A DNA stretch of 64,000 bases from Clostridia bacterium (GTDB lineage: Bacteria; Bacillota; Clostridia; CAKSNL01; HGM11501), in NCBI GenBank assembly GCA_045123995.1, contig JBGVKY010000007.1, forward strand, positions 109-64,108. Reading direction: 5' to 3'. The position numbers were made by a program, and so were the translations under genes. Of this stretch, positions 44,488 through 56,068 are shown one piece after another; position 1 is the first letter of the stretch, and each line of letters opens with the position of its first letter. Below the pieces are notes generated by a model that worked only from the letters and a program-made list of their open reading frames with translations, ran no database searches and was not told the origin of the DNA.

Positions 44488-46253
44488 TCACCGTCCTTTA
44501 ACAGTTTTTCGGCAATAGCGGATAAATATCCTCCGCCATCACAATACAACATATCTATTTCAGCTTCAGATTTCTTGAATGCTTCACTTTCAAATTCGGT
44601 ATAATTCCAGTCTATAAATTTCTGGCGCATACGGTTAAAGAAGCTGCGTGCATCGTCTTTGTTACCAACTTCATAATTACTTCCGAGAACATATACCAGC
44701 TTGTCTGTTACATAGCGCTGGCGCAATGTTCCGCAGTTTGCCTCAATTAAATCGAAAGAGTTCTGTTGCAGATAAACGGCATCGAGCATTTCAGACTTCA
44801 AATAGATGATATAATCTGAAAGACTCGTCCCTTCTTCACCTACAACCTTCATCATGGAACCAATCTCATCCCCGTGATGAATTATCTCCTTGCAAAACTC
44901 CAACTTTGCATCATCAATAACGCTATTATATTTTGACCATGAAATAAGCGGATCAATAGCGGGATATTTTCTTGCATCCGAACGTTCTCTTGAAAGACCA
45001 TGAAAAGCTCCCACAACCTTCAACGTGGCCTGTGTTACAGGTTCTTCAAAGTTTCCCCCCGCAGGTGACACAGTTCCTCCTATGGTAACAGAACCGGTAC
45101 TTCCATCAGGCAAACGAACATAACCTGCTCTTTCGTAAAATGCAGCTATATATGATTCAAGATATGCAGGAAAAGCCTCTTCTCCGGGAATTTCTTCAAG
45201 TCTTCCTGACATCTCACGAAGTGCCTGCGCCCAACGTGATGTAGAATCCGCCAAAAGCAGAACATTGAGCCCCATCTGTCTGTAATACTCAGCAAGTGTT
45301 ACAGATGTATACACGGAAGCTTCACGGGATGCAACTGGCATAGATGAAGTGTTGCATATAATAATAGTTCGTTCCATCAGCGAACGACCTGTTTTAGGAT
45401 CTGTAAGTTCAGGAAATTCAGTCAATGTCTCTACAACTTCTCCTGCTCGCTCTCCACAGGCTGCAATAATTACGATATCCACATCTGCATATTTGGAGGT
45501 AGTATGCTGCAGCACTGTTTTTCCTGCCCCGAAAGGTCCTGGGGTGCAATACGTTCCTCCTTTTGCTACCGGAAAGAATGAATCGATAAGGCGCACCTTG
45601 GTTTCCATGGTTTCTACGGGAGCCAATCTTTCACTATAACATTTAATAGCACGCTTAACAGGCCATTTAAAAGACATAGATAATGAAATTTCACGACCTC
45701 TGTCATCTGTTACTACTGCAACAGTTTCCTTAACGGTATATTCGCCCTTCTGCGCAATGGATTTTACTTTATAGCTTCCTAAAAGATAAAATGGTATAAA
45801 TATTTTATGTGTAAAAGGTCCTTCCGGAACTGTACCGAAGTATTCGCCTGCACGAATAACATCTCCTACATTAGCCGTTGGTGTAAATTCCCATTTCTTT
45901 TCTGTATCAAGCCCTTCTGCATATATTCCTCTTTCCAGGAACCAACCCGCCTGTTCAGCTAAAACAGGTAATGGATTTTGAAGTCCGTCATATATCTGCC
46001 CAAGTAAACCGGGACCCAGATCTGCCGAAAGCATATCTCCTGTAAATTCCACACAGTCTCCGCATTTTATTCCATCGGTCATTTCATAAACCTGTACCTG
46101 AGCAATATTACCTCTTATACGAATAACTTCGCTTTTAAGAGAAGTATCTCCAAGCTTAACATAGCATATTTCATTCATAGAAACATTTCCGTCAAATTCA
46201 ACTGACACCAAGTTTCCGTTTATGCTTAATACCTTTCCTTTATTTTCGGTCAT
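44484..46253 (-). CDS. atpA: V-type ATPase catalytic subunit A
   Basis: Walker [10 protein letters not shown], Walker [10 protein letters not shown]. 589 aa including the non-homologous insert region. Confidence 0.9.
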   Translation of the reverse strand: MTENKGKVLSINGNLVSVEFDGNVSMNEICYVKLGDTSLKSEVIRIRGNIAQVQVYEMTDGIKCGDCVEFTGDMLSADLGPGLLGQIYDGLQNPLPVLAEQAGWFLERGIYAEGLDTEKKWEFTPTANVGDVIRAGEYFGTVPEGPFTHKIFIPFYLLGSYKVKSIAQKGEYTVKETVAVVTDDRGREISLSMSFKWPVKRAIKCYSERLAPVETMETKVRLIDSFFPVAKGGTYCTPGPFGAGKTVLQHTTSKYADVDIVIIAACGERAGEVVETLTEFPELTDPKTGRSLMERTIIICNTSSMPVASREASVYTSVTLAEYYRQMGLNVLLLADSTSRWAQALREMSGRLEEIPGEEAFPAYLESYIAAFYERAGYVRLPDGSTGSVTIGGTVSPAGGNFEEPVTQATLKVVGAFHGLSRERSDARKYPAIDPLISWSKYNSVIDDAKLEFCKEIIHHGDEIGSMMKVVGEEGTSLSDYIIYLKSEMLDAVYLQQNSFDLIEANCGTLRQRYVTDKLVYVLGSNYEVGNKDDARSFFNRMRQKFIDWNYTEFESEAFKKSEAEIDMLYCDGGGYLSAIAEKLLKDGE

Positions 46254-46807
46254 TGTTTCGCCTCCAGCCTATCTACATTTAAAATAGTGTCATAAATATT
46301 TCTGTATGATTTTTCTCCCGCCTCTTTGTCAAATTGTCTCATACGCAGAAGAAGTTTCAACTTAAGTCCGTAATAGATAATATAATCATCTGAAAAACTA
46401 TCCATCGGTCTCAGCGTTTCTAATATTGCCAAGCGATAACCGTTCAGATACTTTTCAGCTTCCATTGGGTTTTTTGTTTCCATTGCCGTACTGGCCGCCC
46501 TTATATATTCTACAGGTAAAATTCTGTTTCCCGTATCAAAAGGCTTCTTCATTTTTTCCGCCCTGACCTTACCAAGTGCAAAACGCAAATTTGATTCTCT
46601 TTCATTCCACGAATCAATTAAAGAAAAACCTGAACCCTGGATAACTTTCGGAGGAGATAAAGTAAGTTTTTTTATAGCCTCTTGCACTCTTTTTCCCAAA
46701 AAGCGATCACAAAGTTCATTAAATCGCTCTTCGGTAATCGGAACAGGAGCATTTTCACTTATTCCATCCAAAGACGGAAGCTGTGAAATCAAATAATATT
46801 CAGACAT
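46250..46807 (-). CDS. conserved hypothetical protein of reduced V-ATPase operons (DUF2764-like; occupies the position of subunit C)
   Basis: 185 aa, no motif. Same position as the hypothetical gene in E-x-A-B-D-I-K operons of spirochaetes and chlamydiae. Coupled ATGA to atpA. Confidence 0.45.
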   Translation of the reverse strand: MSEYYLISQLPSLDGISENAPVPITEERFNELCDRFLGKRVQEAIKKLTLSPPKVIQGSGFSLIDSWNERESNLRFALGKVRAEKMKKPFDTGNRILPVEYIRAASTAMETKNPMEAEKYLNGYRLAILETLRPMDSFSDDYIIYYGLKLKLLLRMRQFDKEAGEKSYRNIYDTILNVDRLEAKQ

Positions 46808-46808
46808 A

Positions 46809-47417
46809 TTATTCCGCCTCTTTCAAAATTTCGGTAACCTTTGGACTAAGATAATTTGAAAGCATATCCACAACCTCTTCGGCAGAATAATCATAGTAGA
46901 CACTGCCGTTATTTACAGCAATACGAAATCCACCGCTTAAATTATCATTTGCCTTTAATGTTACACCTTTTAACATTTTTTCTTTAAGTACAGCGAGTAA
47001 AGCACCTTCCATTCTTTTGAAATCTTCATCATTCAAAATTACCGTAATATCTTCCGCATCCGGTTTTTTTGTCCAGTTCTCAATAGCGCTGTTAATAATC
47101 CCCAGGAGAGAATCAGATGAATACACTTTAGCAACATTTTCTTCAATAATCGTTTTAAGTTCTCTTGTTACACTCTCTCTGAATGATATAAGGAGATTAC
47201 GACCTGCCTGACGAATAGCTTCCTCACTTGATTTTCTCATTCGTTCAGTCTCAGTTTTTGCTCCTGATAAGATTTTTTCTGCCTGTTCCCTTGCTTGTGC
47301 AATAATATTTTCTGATTCTGCTCTTGCAGCATTAACTATTGTCTCCGCCTCTGCTTCAGCCGCTTCCACGCCTTCCTTCTTAATCTGCTCTATAAGTTCC
47401 CCAAGTTGTACTTCCAT
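46809..47417 (-). CDS. atpE: V-type ATPase subunit E (peripheral stalk)
   Basis: Coiled-coil N-terminus (EAAEAEAETIVNAARAESENIIAQAREQAEKIL). Start ATG 47417 after AAAGGAGA; the ORF-track GTG start covers the RBS. Confidence 0.7.
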   Translation of the reverse strand: MEVQLGELIEQIKKEGVEAAEAEAETIVNAARAESENIIAQAREQAEKILSGAKTETERMRKSSEEAIRQAGRNLLISFRESVTRELKTIIEENVAKVYSSDSLLGIINSAIENWTKKPDAEDITVILNDEDFKRMEGALLAVLKEKMLKGVTLKANDNLSGGFRIAVNNGSVYYDYSAEEVVDMLSNYLSPKVTEILKEAE

Positions 47418-47467
47418 AATCTTATCTCCTTTATATTTAGTCACAATTTTTAGTTAAAGAGCAAAAA

Positions 47468-47499
47468 GGAACCAACATCCTCTGCAGTCAGCTGGTTCC
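47468..47499 (-). promoter_or_regulatory. leader hairpin plus U-tract in the 5-prime UTR of the V-ATPase operon (candidate attenuator)
   Basis: Minus-strand RNA ggaacca-(18 nt)-tggttcc followed by uuuuugcuc, ~50 nt before the atpE RBS. Confidence 0.3.
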
Positions 47500-47533
47500 T
47501 TTAAATACTATTATAACTAATTGAATTTCTATC

Positions 47534-47562
47534 ATTCTAGCATACTTTTCCTCCTTAGTCAA
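47534..47562 (-). promoter_or_regulatory. sigma-A promoter of the V-ATPase operon
   Basis: On the minus strand: TTGACT-17 nt-TAGAAT. Confidence 0.5.
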
Positions 47563-47640
47563 GTATCTTGATTAGTAAATCAGTAAACACCTTAATTTTG
47601 TAGCCCTTTTAATAAAATTCCCCAGTGTTAAAACAAAAAA

Positions 47641-47679
47641 AATACAGTATAGCCCGACAAAGACTATACTGTATTTTTT
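47641..47679. terminator. terminator of the ribosomal alpha operon (after rplQ)
   Basis: atacagtatag-cccgacaaaga-ctatactgtat perfect 11-bp stem with a T-run. Confidence 0.6.
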
Positions 47680-47687
47680 ATTTGAGA

Positions 47688-48029
47688 TTAAACCAACTCG
47701 ATAATAGCAGTAGGAGCAGCGTCACCGCGTCTTACTCCGCCCTTATAAATTCTGGTATAACCTCCGTTGCGCTCTGCATACTTCGGCGCAATTTCATCAA
47801 ACAACTTCTTAACAACATCTTCGCTCTGAATAAAGGAAAGAGCCTGTCTTCTTGTATGAAGAGTGTTCTTTTTACCAAGAGTAATCATCTTCTCTGCGAT
47901 GGGACGAATTTCCTTGGCACGAGCTTCTGTTGTAGAAATCTTACCGTTTTCCAAAAGTGCGGTAACCAGATTTTTGAGCATAGCTATTCTGATATCAGTC
48001 TTACGACCTAATTTTCTTGTACCGGGCAT
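47688..48029 (-). CDS. rplQ: 50S ribosomal protein L17
   Basis: Conserved L17 sequence ([17 protein letters not shown]...); operon position after rpoA. Confidence 0.9.
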   Translation of the reverse strand: MPGTRKLGRKTDIRIAMLKNLVTALLENGKISTTEARAKEIRPIAEKMITLGKKNTLHTRRQALSFIQSEDVVKKLFDEIAPKYAERNGGYTRIYKGGVRRGDAAPTAIIELV

Positions 48030-48041
48030 CTAACGCACCTC

Positions 48042-48992
48042 CTATTCTTCTTCAGACGCCAATGAAAGTCCAAGGCCATGAAGCTTATTTATAACTTCTT
48101 CCAAAGACTTGCGTCCTAAGTTTCTAACCTTCATCATATCTTCATCTGTTCTTGCGATTAAGTCCTCAACTGTGTTGATTGCCGCACGCTTCAAGCAGTT
48201 GTAGGAACGAACAGAAAGATCAAGCTCTTCAATGGTCATTTCTAAAAGTCTGCTCTGGCTGGGCATTGCTTTTTCAACTAAGAAATCAGTTGTCTTTGCA
48301 TCGTCAGACAAATCTATGAACAAATTAAGATGTTCGTTTAATATCTTTGCACCTAAAGAAATTGCTTCGTCAGGAGTCAGTGTACCATTAGTCCAAACTT
48401 CAAGTGTAAGCTTGTCATAGTCGGTAATCTGTCCTACACGAGTGTTTTCAATATAGTAATTTACCTTAGGCACAGGGGTGTAAATGGAATCTACACTGAT
48501 AAGTCCGATTATGGGCTGCTGATTCTGCTTGTTGCGCTCAGCACTTACATAACCACGACCTTTTCCGATTGTAATTTCCATATACAGTTTAGCATCCTCA
48601 TTCAAGGTTGCTATATGAAGATCACCGTTGATAATTTCAACATCGCTGTCATGTTTTATGTCAGCTGCTGTAATCTCCTGTTCGCCCTTTGCATCTATAT
48701 AGATGGTCTTGGGGCCTTCCCCATGGAGCTTTACAATAAGCTGCTTAATATTGATAATGATATCCGTTACATCTTCTTTAACGCCGTTGATTGTGGAAAA
48801 CTCGTGGAGTACACCATCAATCTTAACGCTAGTAGCTGCAACGCCGGGAAGAGACGACAAAAGTATTCTTCTCAAAGAATTTCCAAGTGTCGTTCCGTAA
48901 CCTCTCTCAAGAGGCTCAACAACAAACTTTCCGTATGTCTTTTCATCATTAAGTTCTATACAACTTATCTTTGGCTTTTCTATTTCTATCAT
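48042..48992 (-). CDS. rpoA: DNA-directed RNA polymerase subunit alpha
   Basis: 316 aa with N-terminal dimerisation domain and C-terminal CTD (HGLGLSL); classic position. Confidence 0.95.
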   Translation of the reverse strand: MIEIEKPKISCIELNDEKTYGKFVVEPLERGYGTTLGNSLRRILLSSLPGVAATSVKIDGVLHEFSTINGVKEDVTDIIINIKQLIVKLHGEGPKTIYIDAKGEQEITAADIKHDSDVEIINGDLHIATLNEDAKLYMEITIGKGRGYVSAERNKQNQQPIIGLISVDSIYTPVPKVNYYIENTRVGQITDYDKLTLEVWTNGTLTPDEAISLGAKILNEHLNLFIDLSDDAKTTDFLVEKAMPSQSRLLEMTIEELDLSVRSYNCLKRAAINTVEDLIARTDEDMMKVRNLGRKSLEEVINKLHGLGLSLASEEE

Positions 48993-49045
48993 GATAAGCG
49001 CTACCTCCCTTTAATTTTATTAATTTTACAATGAGGGAGCAAATC

Positions 49046-49639
49046 TTACTTGGAGTACAACTCGACAATAAGAGTTTCCTCTACGGGGAAATCAATATCC
49101 GCACGGTCAGCAAGGGCAACTACCTTTGCTGTAAGGCTGTTTCTGTCCATATCAAGCCACTTAGGAACGATTCTCTGAGCGTTAGCTTCGAATACTCCCT
49201 TGAAGTGATCATTGCTCATGCACTTTTCTGTTACAGCGATTACATCGCCGGGCTTAACAAGGATAGAAGGAATGTTAACCTTCTTGCCGTTTAATGTGAT
49301 GTGTCCGTGAACAACTATCTGTCTTGCTTCACGACGTGTTGATGCAAGACCTAAACGGTAAACAACGTTATCAAGTCTGGATTCCAGTATCTGAAGTAAC
49401 ATTTCACCTGTGATGCCATGTCTCTTTGTAGCCATTACATAGTACTTTCTGAACTGCTTCTCAAGTACGCCGTAAATGAACTTAACCTTCTGCTTTTCAT
49501 TAAGCTGAATACCGTATTCCGACTTCTTCTTTCTGTTCGGATTGGGGTTTCTGTTTGTGGTTTTGCTATATCCCATTACACCGGGTTCAATACCAAGTGT
49601 TTTACATCTTTTTGTGATGGGCTGTGTGTTTCTAGCCAT
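49046..49639 (-). CDS. rpsD: 30S ribosomal protein S4
   Basis: S4 domain ([13 protein letters not shown]...) ; position. Confidence 0.9.
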   Translation of the reverse strand: MARNTQPITKRCKTLGIEPGVMGYSKTTNRNPNPNRKKKSEYGIQLNEKQKVKFIYGVLEKQFRKYYVMATKRHGITGEMLLQILESRLDNVVYRLGLASTRREARQIVVHGHITLNGKKVNIPSILVKPGDVIAVTEKCMSNDHFKGVFEANAQRIVPKWLDMDRNSLTAKVVALADRADIDFPVEETLIVELYSK

Positions 49640-49665
49640 AAATAAACTTCCTCCTTTCCCCTAAA

Positions 49666-50067
49666 TCAAACTCTTCTACGCTTAGGCGGACGGCAACCAT
49701 TATGAGGAATGGGTGTTACGTCCTTGATCATACTGATCTCAAGACCTGCTGCCTGAAGAGCTCTGATTGCTGCTTCTCTACCTGCACCGGGGCCTTTTAC
49801 GTAAACTTCTACAGTTTTAAGACCGTGCTCCATAGCAGCCTTTGCAGCTGTTTCAGCAGCTGTCTGAGCTGCGAAAGGAGTGCTCTTCTTTGAACCGCGG
49901 AATCCTAATCCACCTGCACTTGCCCAGGAAAGAGCATTTCCTGCAGTGTCGGTTATTGTTACAATTGTGTTATTAAATGTGGAACTGATATGAACGGCGC
50001 CGCGCTCGATATTCTTGCGCTCTTTACGACGTCTAACAGTTTTCTTAGCCACAACAGTCTTAGCCAT
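49666..50067 (-). CDS. rpsK: 30S ribosomal protein S11
   Basis: [16 protein letters not shown]...; position. Confidence 0.95.
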   Translation of the reverse strand: MAKTVVAKKTVRRRKERKNIERGAVHISSTFNNTIVTITDTAGNALSWASAGGLGFRGSKKSTPFAAQTAAETAAKAAMEHGLKTVEVYVKGPGAGREAAIRALQAAGLEISMIKDVTPIPHNGCRPPKRRRV

Positions 50068-50088
50068 GAAAATTATCCTCCCTTACTA

Positions 50089-50460
50089 TTATTTCTTCTT
50101 GTTCGCCATGGTCTTTCTGGGACCTTTTCTTGTACGAGCATTCGTCTTGGTACGCTGACCTCTTACGGGAAGACCTTTTCTATGTCTCATTCCTCTGTAG
50201 CAGCCGATCTCAACGAGTCTCTTAATGTCGAGAGCCATGTCACGTCTTAAGTCACCTTCAACCTTGTATTCATCGCCTGCTAATATTTCTCTGATTTTCG
50301 CAACATCGTCATCAGAAAGATCCTTTACTCTTATGTCAGGATTTACGCCTGCTCTTTCAAGAATCTCCATAGCAGTTGAACGACCAATACCATAAATAGC
50401 GGTAAGACCAATTTCAATACGCTTTTCTCTCGGTAAATCTACACCGGCAATTCTAGCCAT
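50089..50460 (-). CDS. rpsM: 30S ribosomal protein S13
   Basis: [26 protein letters not shown]. Confidence 0.95.
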   Translation of the reverse strand: MARIAGVDLPREKRIEIGLTAIYGIGRSTAMEILERAGVNPDIRVKDLSDDDVAKIREILAGDEYKVEGDLRRDMALDIKRLVEIGCYRGMRHRKGLPVRGQRTKTNARTRKGPRKTMANKKK

Positions 50461-50509
50461 TTAACTTACACCTCCTGCTTTCGCATGTAAAATTTTAATG
50501 TTTGTGGGA

Positions 50510-50653
<144 letters not shown>

Positions 50654-50872
50654 TTATTTGTCTCTCCAGGTTATACGACCCTGCGTAAGGTCATAAGGAG
50701 ATATTTCTATCTTGACCTTATCGCCCGGTAATATCTTTATAAAATTCATTCTGAGTTTTCCTGAAATGTGGGCAAGGACTGTATGCCCGTTGGGAAGCTC
50801 TACCTTAAACATTGCGTTGGGGAGTGCTTCTGTTACCGTTCCTTCAAACTCTATTACATCATCTTTAGCCAA
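50654..50872 (-). CDS. infA: translation initiation factor IF-1
   Basis: [53 protein letters not shown]. Confidence 0.95.
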   Translation of the reverse strand: MAKDDVIEFEGTVTEALPNAMFKVELPNGHTVLAHISGKLRMNFIKILPGDKVKIEISPYDLTQGRITWRDK

Positions 50873-50887
50873 GGTTTTCTACCTCCT

Positions 50888-51172
50888 TTACTCCACCGGA
50901 AACGCCGATGGATTAAGCGAGTCAATAAATTTGCTTATTTCATTGCGCAGCTCGGTATTTGTTACCTTCTGGCCCTCTGCAAAGCGTTTTTTTATAAATT
51001 CGCTTCCGAATCCCGTCTGCACAACATGTTTGATTTTTTTCTTCTTCGGTCTGTCTGTCTTTCTTAAGTTTCCGTCTGCTATAAAGCAGTAATCGGACCA
51101 GACCTCCATTACTACGTAATAAAAGTCTTTATCTCTTCCCTTTTCTGACAGCACCAAATCTCCGGGTTCCAT
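50888..51172 (-). CDS. KOW-domain RNA-binding protein (conserved small ORF between map and infA in Firmicutes)
   Basis: 94 aa; N-terminal MEPGDLVLSEKGRDKDFYYVV (KOW-like); position. Confidence 0.55.
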   Translation of the reverse strand: MEPGDLVLSEKGRDKDFYYVVMEVWSDYCFIADGNLRKTDRPKKKKIKHVVQTGFGSEFIKKRFAEGQKVTNTELRNEISKFIDSLNPSAFPVE

Positions 51173-51183
51173 ATATTTCCTCC

Positions 51184-51930
51184 TCAGATAAGGGTAAGAA
51201 TTCTCGGACCATTCCCTGTTATTGCCAGAGTGTTTTCATAATGTGCCGATAACTTACCGTCAAGGGTTACCGTCGTCCAACCGTCGGAGAGAGTTTTAAG
51301 CTCATAGGTTCCTTCGTTTATCATAGGTTCAACTGCAATACACATTCCCTCAATAAGGCGAATTCCACGACCCTCTCTTCCAAAGTTCGGAACATCGGGA
51401 GCCTCATGAAGAGCTCTTCCTATGCCGTGTCCCACCATATCCCTTACCACACCATAGCCGAAGCTTTCAGCGTAAGACTGAATCAGACTTCCTATATCGC
51501 CGATTCTCTTTCCGGGATAAGCCGCTTTGATTCCCTCAAAAAAGCACTGTTCAGTAACTTCAATGAGCTTTCTGGCCGTATCTGTTATTTTCCCTACTCC
51601 AAAGGTTCTTGCCGCATCTGAATGATAGCCCTTATAGTAAGAACCAACATCCACGCTGACAATATCCCCTTCTTCCAAAACTCTTTTACCGGGTATTCCG
51701 TGAACGATTACATCGTTTACTGAAATACAGGCAGATGACGGAAATCCGTTATAGTTTTTGAATGAAGGTCTTGCTCCGTGATTTACTATATAATTTTCAA
51801 TCAGAGAGTCAAGCTCACCGGTTGTCATACCGGGGCGCACGGATTCTCTAGCAAGTTCCAATGCTCCGCCGGTAATCTTTCCGCTTTCATACATTAATTC
51901 TATTTCAGAGTTCGATTTAATTAAAATCAC
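51184..51930 (-). CDS. map: methionine aminopeptidase type I
   Basis: Metal ligands in HGIPG, DIVSVDVG, GHGIGRALHE, EPMINEG. Confidence 0.9.
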   Translation of the reverse strand: MILIKSNSEIELMYESGKITGGALELARESVRPGMTTGELDSLIENYIVNHGARPSFKNYNGFPSSACISVNDVIVHGIPGKRVLEEGDIVSVDVGSYYKGYHSDAARTFGVGKITDTARKLIEVTEQCFFEGIKAAYPGKRIGDIGSLIQSYAESFGYGVVRDMVGHGIGRALHEAPDVPNFGREGRGIRLIEGMCIAVEPMINEGTYELKTLSDGWTTVTLDGKLSAHYENTLAITGNGPRILTLI

Positions 51931-52565
51931 TTTATTTCACCCAGTGCTTTAAGCACTTCCAGTTTGGTATTTTCAAGAAGCTTTTGTCCTTTTGCTGTAA
52001 CTAAAAGTCCCTTATTCTCATAAAAAGCTTTAAGAGGTTCTGTTGACTTATAGTATATAGCCAAACGATTTTTTATTGTTTCAGGCTTATCGTCGTCACG
52101 ACAGATAAGCTCACCTCCACACTTATCACAGATTCCTTCTTTTTTAGAAGGCTTATCTTCTATATGATAAGTGGCTCTGCAGGACTTACATTCACGTCTT
52201 CCTGAAAGTCTTTTTAATATTTCCTCATCAGAAACTTCGATAGATAAAACCTTATCTATTTCTATTCCCATCTTATCGATGGCTTCAGCCTGTGCTATAG
52301 TTCGGGGGAATCCGTCAAGAATGTATCCTGACTCACAGTCTTTTTCCTCAAGTCTTTTCTTGACCATCATGACAACTTTTTCATCAGAAATAAGCTCTCC
52401 TCTGTCTATCAAAGCCTTAAGTTCACGTCCCTCTTCACTACCGGAAGAGATCACGCCTCTTATAATAGCACCGGTTGAAATCTGCGGAATACCAAATCTT
52501 TCAGAAAGAAATTCTGCCTGAGTGCCTTTGCCGGCACCAGGAGGTCCTAACATAATAAGTTTCAT
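51927..52565 (-). CDS. adk: adenylate kinase (with Zn-binding lid CxxC...CxxC)
   Basis: P-loop GPPGAGKGTQ; lid CKSCRATY...CDKCGGELICRDDD; start ATG 52565. Confidence 0.9.
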   Translation of the reverse strand: MKLIMLGPPGAGKGTQAEFLSERFGIPQISTGAIIRGVISSGSEEGRELKALIDRGELISDEKVVMMVKKRLEEKDCESGYILDGFPRTIAQAEAIDKMGIEIDKVLSIEVSDEEILKRLSGRRECKSCRATYHIEDKPSKKEGICDKCGGELICRDDDKPETIKNRLAIYYKSTEPLKAFYENKGLLVTAKGQKLLENTKLEVLKALGEIK

Positions 52566-52589
52566 TTTACGTCGACCTTTCGCCAAAGA

Positions 52590-53900
52590 TTAATCTAAAA
52601 ATCCTTTGTAATGTCTCATCATCATCTGAGCTTCTATCTGCTTAACGGTTTCTAATGCTACACCTACTAAAATGAGGATAGAAGAACCGCCGATTAATCC
52701 CAATGTAGCAAACTTGGGGAATATAATTCCGATTACTACAGGCACAATAGCCACGATGCTTAAAAAGAGTGCACCGGAAAGATTAATTCTTGCAAGAACT
52801 CTTGCGATGAAATCGCTGGTGGGCTTTCCGGGTCTGATACCTGGAATAAATCCACCGTTCTTTTTCATGTTATTCGATATCTCAATGGGATTGAAACTAA
52901 TTGATGTGTAGAAATAGGTAAAAGCAATTATAAGGAGGAAGTAGATAACCGCATACACCCAGCTGTTAGTAGAGAAAAGCTCTACTATCTTCTGTAAGAA
53001 GGGGTGTCCTGCTGCACCTATATCCGCTGCAGTTGTTTTACCTGTGAAAAGCTGTATAATCGTTGTGGGGAAAGAAAGAATTGAAATTGCGAAGATGATG
53101 GGCATAACGCCTGCCATAGCAACCTTTAAAGGAATGTATGTTGCCTGACCACCGTACATCTTTCTGCCAACTACTCTCTTGGAGTACTGAACAGGAATTC
53201 TTCTTTCGCTGGAATCGAAATATACAACAAATGCAATCATTGCAATAGCATAGATTAAGATGAGAAGCTGAATCCACCACTCTGTCTTAAAATCAAAGCT
53301 CATTACTACATTGCTGATAATTGTGGGGATACTTGCAACGATACCGATGAAAATGATAAGAGAAATACCGTTTCCGATACCTTTATCGGTAATCTGTTCA
53401 CCAAGCCACATTACAAACGCAGTACCTGCGCTCAAGGTTGTTACAATGATAAATCCATCCATGAAGTTTACGGATTTATGAAGTAAACCGTAATTGTTCA
53501 AAAGGAAGTAAATACCTATGCTCTGCACAAGTGCAAGACCAACAGTAACAATTCTTGTAATTGACTGGATTTTCTTTCTTCCCTCTTCTCCTTCTTTCTG
53601 CAATCTCTCAAGTGCGGGAATAGCAACTGTGAGAAGCTGCATAATAATGGAGCTGTTAATATAGGGAGAAATACCCATTGCAAATATGGTTGCCTGAGAA
53701 AATGCACCACCTGAGAATAAGTTCATTATAGAGAACATATTGAAGTTATCTCCGGATGCTATTCCTTCAAGAATGCCGGGCTGCAATCCGGGAACCGGAA
53801 TGGCTGAACCGAATCTGAATACCACAAGCATAAATAAAGTGAATAAAAGCTTTTTCCTTAAATCAGGAAGTCTCCATGCGGCTTTTAAAGTTTCTATCAC
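52590..53900 (-). CDS. secY: preprotein translocase subunit SecY
   Basis: 10-TM protein; position between rplO and adk. Confidence 0.95.
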   Translation of the reverse strand: MIETLKAAWRLPDLRKKLLFTLFMLVVFRFGSAIPVPGLQPGILEGIASGDNFNMFSIMNLFSGGAFSQATIFAMGISPYINSSIIMQLLTVAIPALERLQKEGEEGRKKIQSITRIVTVGLALVQSIGIYFLLNNYGLLHKSVNFMDGFIIVTTLSAGTAFVMWLGEQITDKGIGNGISLIIFIGIVASIPTIISNVVMSFDFKTEWWIQLLILIYAIAMIAFVVYFDSSERRIPVQYSKRVVGRKMYGGQATYIPLKVAMAGVMPIIFAISILSFPTTIIQLFTGKTTAADIGAAGHPFLQKIVELFSTNSWVYAVIYFLLIIAFTYFYTSISFNPIEISNNMKKNGGFIPGIRPGKPTSDFIARVLARINLSGALFLSIVAIVPVVIGIIFPKFATLGLIGGSSILILVGVALETVKQIEAQMMMRHYKGFLD

Positions 53901-53901
53901 T

Positions 53902-54342
53902 TTAAATCACCTCAGCCTTTCCGCCGGCTGCGTTTATCTTTTCCTCTGCCACCTTGGAGAATTTTGCTGCCTTAACGGTTACTTTCTTTGTAACTTCACC
54001 GTTTCCAAGAACAACAAGTCCGTCGTATGCCTTTCCAATGATGCCCTTCTCCATGAGCTCGGTAACGCTTACAACGTCTCCGTCATTAAATGCATTTAAT
54101 GCGTCTACGTTAATTTCAGCATATTTTTTAGCAAATATGTTTGTGAAGCCTCTCTTGGGAATTCTTCTCATTAAAGGCATCTGACCGCCTTCAAATCCGG
54201 GTCTAACACCGCCGCCGCTTCTGGATTTCTGGCCCTTGTGACCGCGTCCGGCCTGTGTGCCGTTACCGCTGCCGTGACCTCTACCCTTTCTCTTAGCTTC
54301 TTTGGTGCTGCCGGGAACAGGACTAAGCTCGTACAACTTCAT
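53902..54342 (-). CDS. rplO: 50S ribosomal protein L15
   Basis: [38 protein letters not shown]; start ATG 54342 after AAGGAGGTG. Confidence 0.9.
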   Translation of the reverse strand: MKLYELSPVPGSTKEAKRKGRGHGSGNGTQAGRGHKGQKSRSGGGVRPGFEGGQMPLMRRIPKRGFTNIFAKKYAEINVDALNAFNDGDVVSVTELMEKGIIGKAYDGLVVLGNGEVTKKVTVKAAKFSKVAEEKINAAGGKAEVI

Positions 54343-54365
54343 TTGCTGCACCTCCTTTTTCCTAA

Positions 54366-54545
54366 TTATATTTCTTCGCACTTAACAAGATAAGAAATCT
54401 TGTTAACCATACCTCTGATTGTTGCATTGTCGTCTTTTTCAACGACGTCTCTTATTTTCTTGAGACCGAGAGCCTTTGCAGTTGCAATGTGGTCATCCTT
54501 ACGTCCGATCAAGCTCTTCTCAAGTGTAATCTTAAGTTTTGCCAC
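54366..54545 (-). CDS. rpmD: 50S ribosomal protein L30 (GTG start)
   Basis: [59 protein letters not shown]; AAGGAGGG 7 nt before the GTG; not in the ORF track. Confidence 0.85.
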   Translation of the reverse strand: MAKLKITLEKSLIGRKDDHIATAKALGLKKIRDVVEKDDNATIRGMVNKISYLVKCEEI

Positions 54546-54563
54546 CTTAAAACCCTCCTTGTA

Positions 54564-55070
54564 TTAGAGTTCTTCAACGGACTTTCCTCTTCTTGCTGCC
54601 ACTTTATTAGCATCAACAAGATTTGAAAGACCTTCGATTGTAGCTTTAACCACATTTCTGGGGTTGTTGCTTCTCATGGATTTTGCTCTTATATCCTTGA
54701 TACCGCAAAGTTCAACAACGGCTCTGACACTTCCGCCGGAAATGATACCGGTACCGGGCTTAGCGGGCATAAGTAAAACCTTACCTGCGCCAAACTCACC
54801 GATAATTTCGTGAGGAATTGTTCCGTTTTCGATAGGAACGGTTATCATGTTCTTCTTAGCGTCTTCTATTCCCTTTCTTATAGCATCGGGAATTTCAGCA
54901 GCCTTACCTGTGCCGGCGCCTACGCGACCCTTTCCGTCACCTACTACAACTAATGTAGCGAAACGGAAAGTACGACCGCCCTTAACAACCTTTGCAACAC
55001 GTGTTATGCTGACAACCTTTTCCTGGATTTCATCTTCTACGTTGTTTGCTTTATCAAAACGCTCTGACAT
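54564..55070 (-). CDS. rpsE: 30S ribosomal protein S5
   Basis: [24 protein letters not shown]; position. Confidence 0.95.
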   Translation of the reverse strand: MSERFDKANNVEDEIQEKVVSITRVAKVVKGGRTFRFATLVVVGDGKGRVGAGTGKAAEIPDAIRKGIEDAKKNMITVPIENGTIPHEIIGEFGAGKVLLMPAKPGTGIISGGSVRAVVELCGIKDIRAKSMRSNNPRNVVKATIEGLSNLVDANKVAARRGKSVEEL

Positions 55071-55105
55071 TTTACTGCTACACTTCCTTTCTTATGCCTC
55101 GACTC

Positions 55106-55468
55106 TTAAAATTCGAGTCCGGCTTCTCTGGCACCATCAGCGACCCTTTCAACTCGGCCGTGATAAATGTAGCCGCTACGGTCAAATACTACGGTCTTGA
55201 TACCCTTTTCAATAGCCTTTTTGCCTATAAGCTTTCCGACTTCAAAAGCAGCTTCTTTGTTGCCTCCGGCAGAGCCCTTAAGCTCCGCATCCAATGTGGA
55301 AGCAGCTACTAAAGTTACGCCTTTTGTATCGTCGATGAGCTGAATATACATATTGTTAAGACTTCTGTAAACACTGAGTCTGGGTCTTTCTGCTGTTCCA
55401 GAAATCTTGTTACGAACTCTTAAGTGTCTCTTCTGTCTTGCTTTATTGCTGCTCGACTTAGTAATCAT
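55106..55468 (-). CDS. rplR: 50S ribosomal protein L18
   Basis: [18 protein letters not shown]. Confidence 0.95.
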   Translation of the reverse strand: MITKSSSNKARQKRHLRVRNKISGTAERPRLSVYRSLNNMYIQLIDDTKGVTLVAASTLDAELKGSAGGNKEAAFEVGKLIGKKAIEKGIKTVVFDRSGYIYHGRVERVADGAREAGLEF

Positions 55469-55490
55469 TTGAGACTTACTCCCTTCTTAC

Positions 55491-56036
55491 TTATTTCTTT
55501 GCCTTACCGGCTTTACCTTCCTTGCGTCTAATATGTTCTTCAACATACTTGATGCCCTTGCCCTTATAAGGCTCAGGAGGTCTCTTTTCTCTTACATTGG
55601 CTGCAAATGCGCCTACTAACTGCTTATCAGCACCGCTTATGATAATCTTGTTCTGATCCGGTACATCAATGGTAATACCGTCGATTTCATCCATTTCAAC
55701 CGGATGAGAATAGCCAAGATTCAACACAAGCTTCTTACCCTGCTTAGCTGCTCTGTAACCAACACCGTTGATTTCGAGCTCCTTCTTGAAGCCTTCGGTA
55801 ACGCCGACAACCATGTTGTTCAAAAGAGATCTGGTAAGTCCGTGGAGCGCCTTATGCTCCTTTACTTCAGAAGGACGCTTTACGATTAATTCTGCGCCTT
55901 CTCTCTCAATTATCATATCGGGATGCAATTCCTGTGTTAAGGTTCCCTTGGGTCCCTTTACAGTCACGGTATGTCCCTCCATCTTTACGTCTACCCCGGC
56001 GGGGACTGTGATAGGCATTCTACCTATTCTTGACAT
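55491..56036 (-). CDS. rplF: 50S ribosomal protein L6
   Basis: [18 protein letters not shown]. Confidence 0.95.
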   Translation of the reverse strand: MSRIGRMPITVPAGVDVKMEGHTVTVKGPKGTLTQELHPDMIIEREGAELIVKRPSEVKEHKALHGLTRSLLNNMVVGVTEGFKKELEINGVGYRAAKQGKKLVLNLGYSHPVEMDEIDGITIDVPDQNKIIISGADKQLVGAFAANVREKRPPEPYKGKGIKYVEEHIRRKEGKAGKAKK

Positions 56037-56068
56037 TTAACTCACCACCTATTATTTTAATTTAATAT

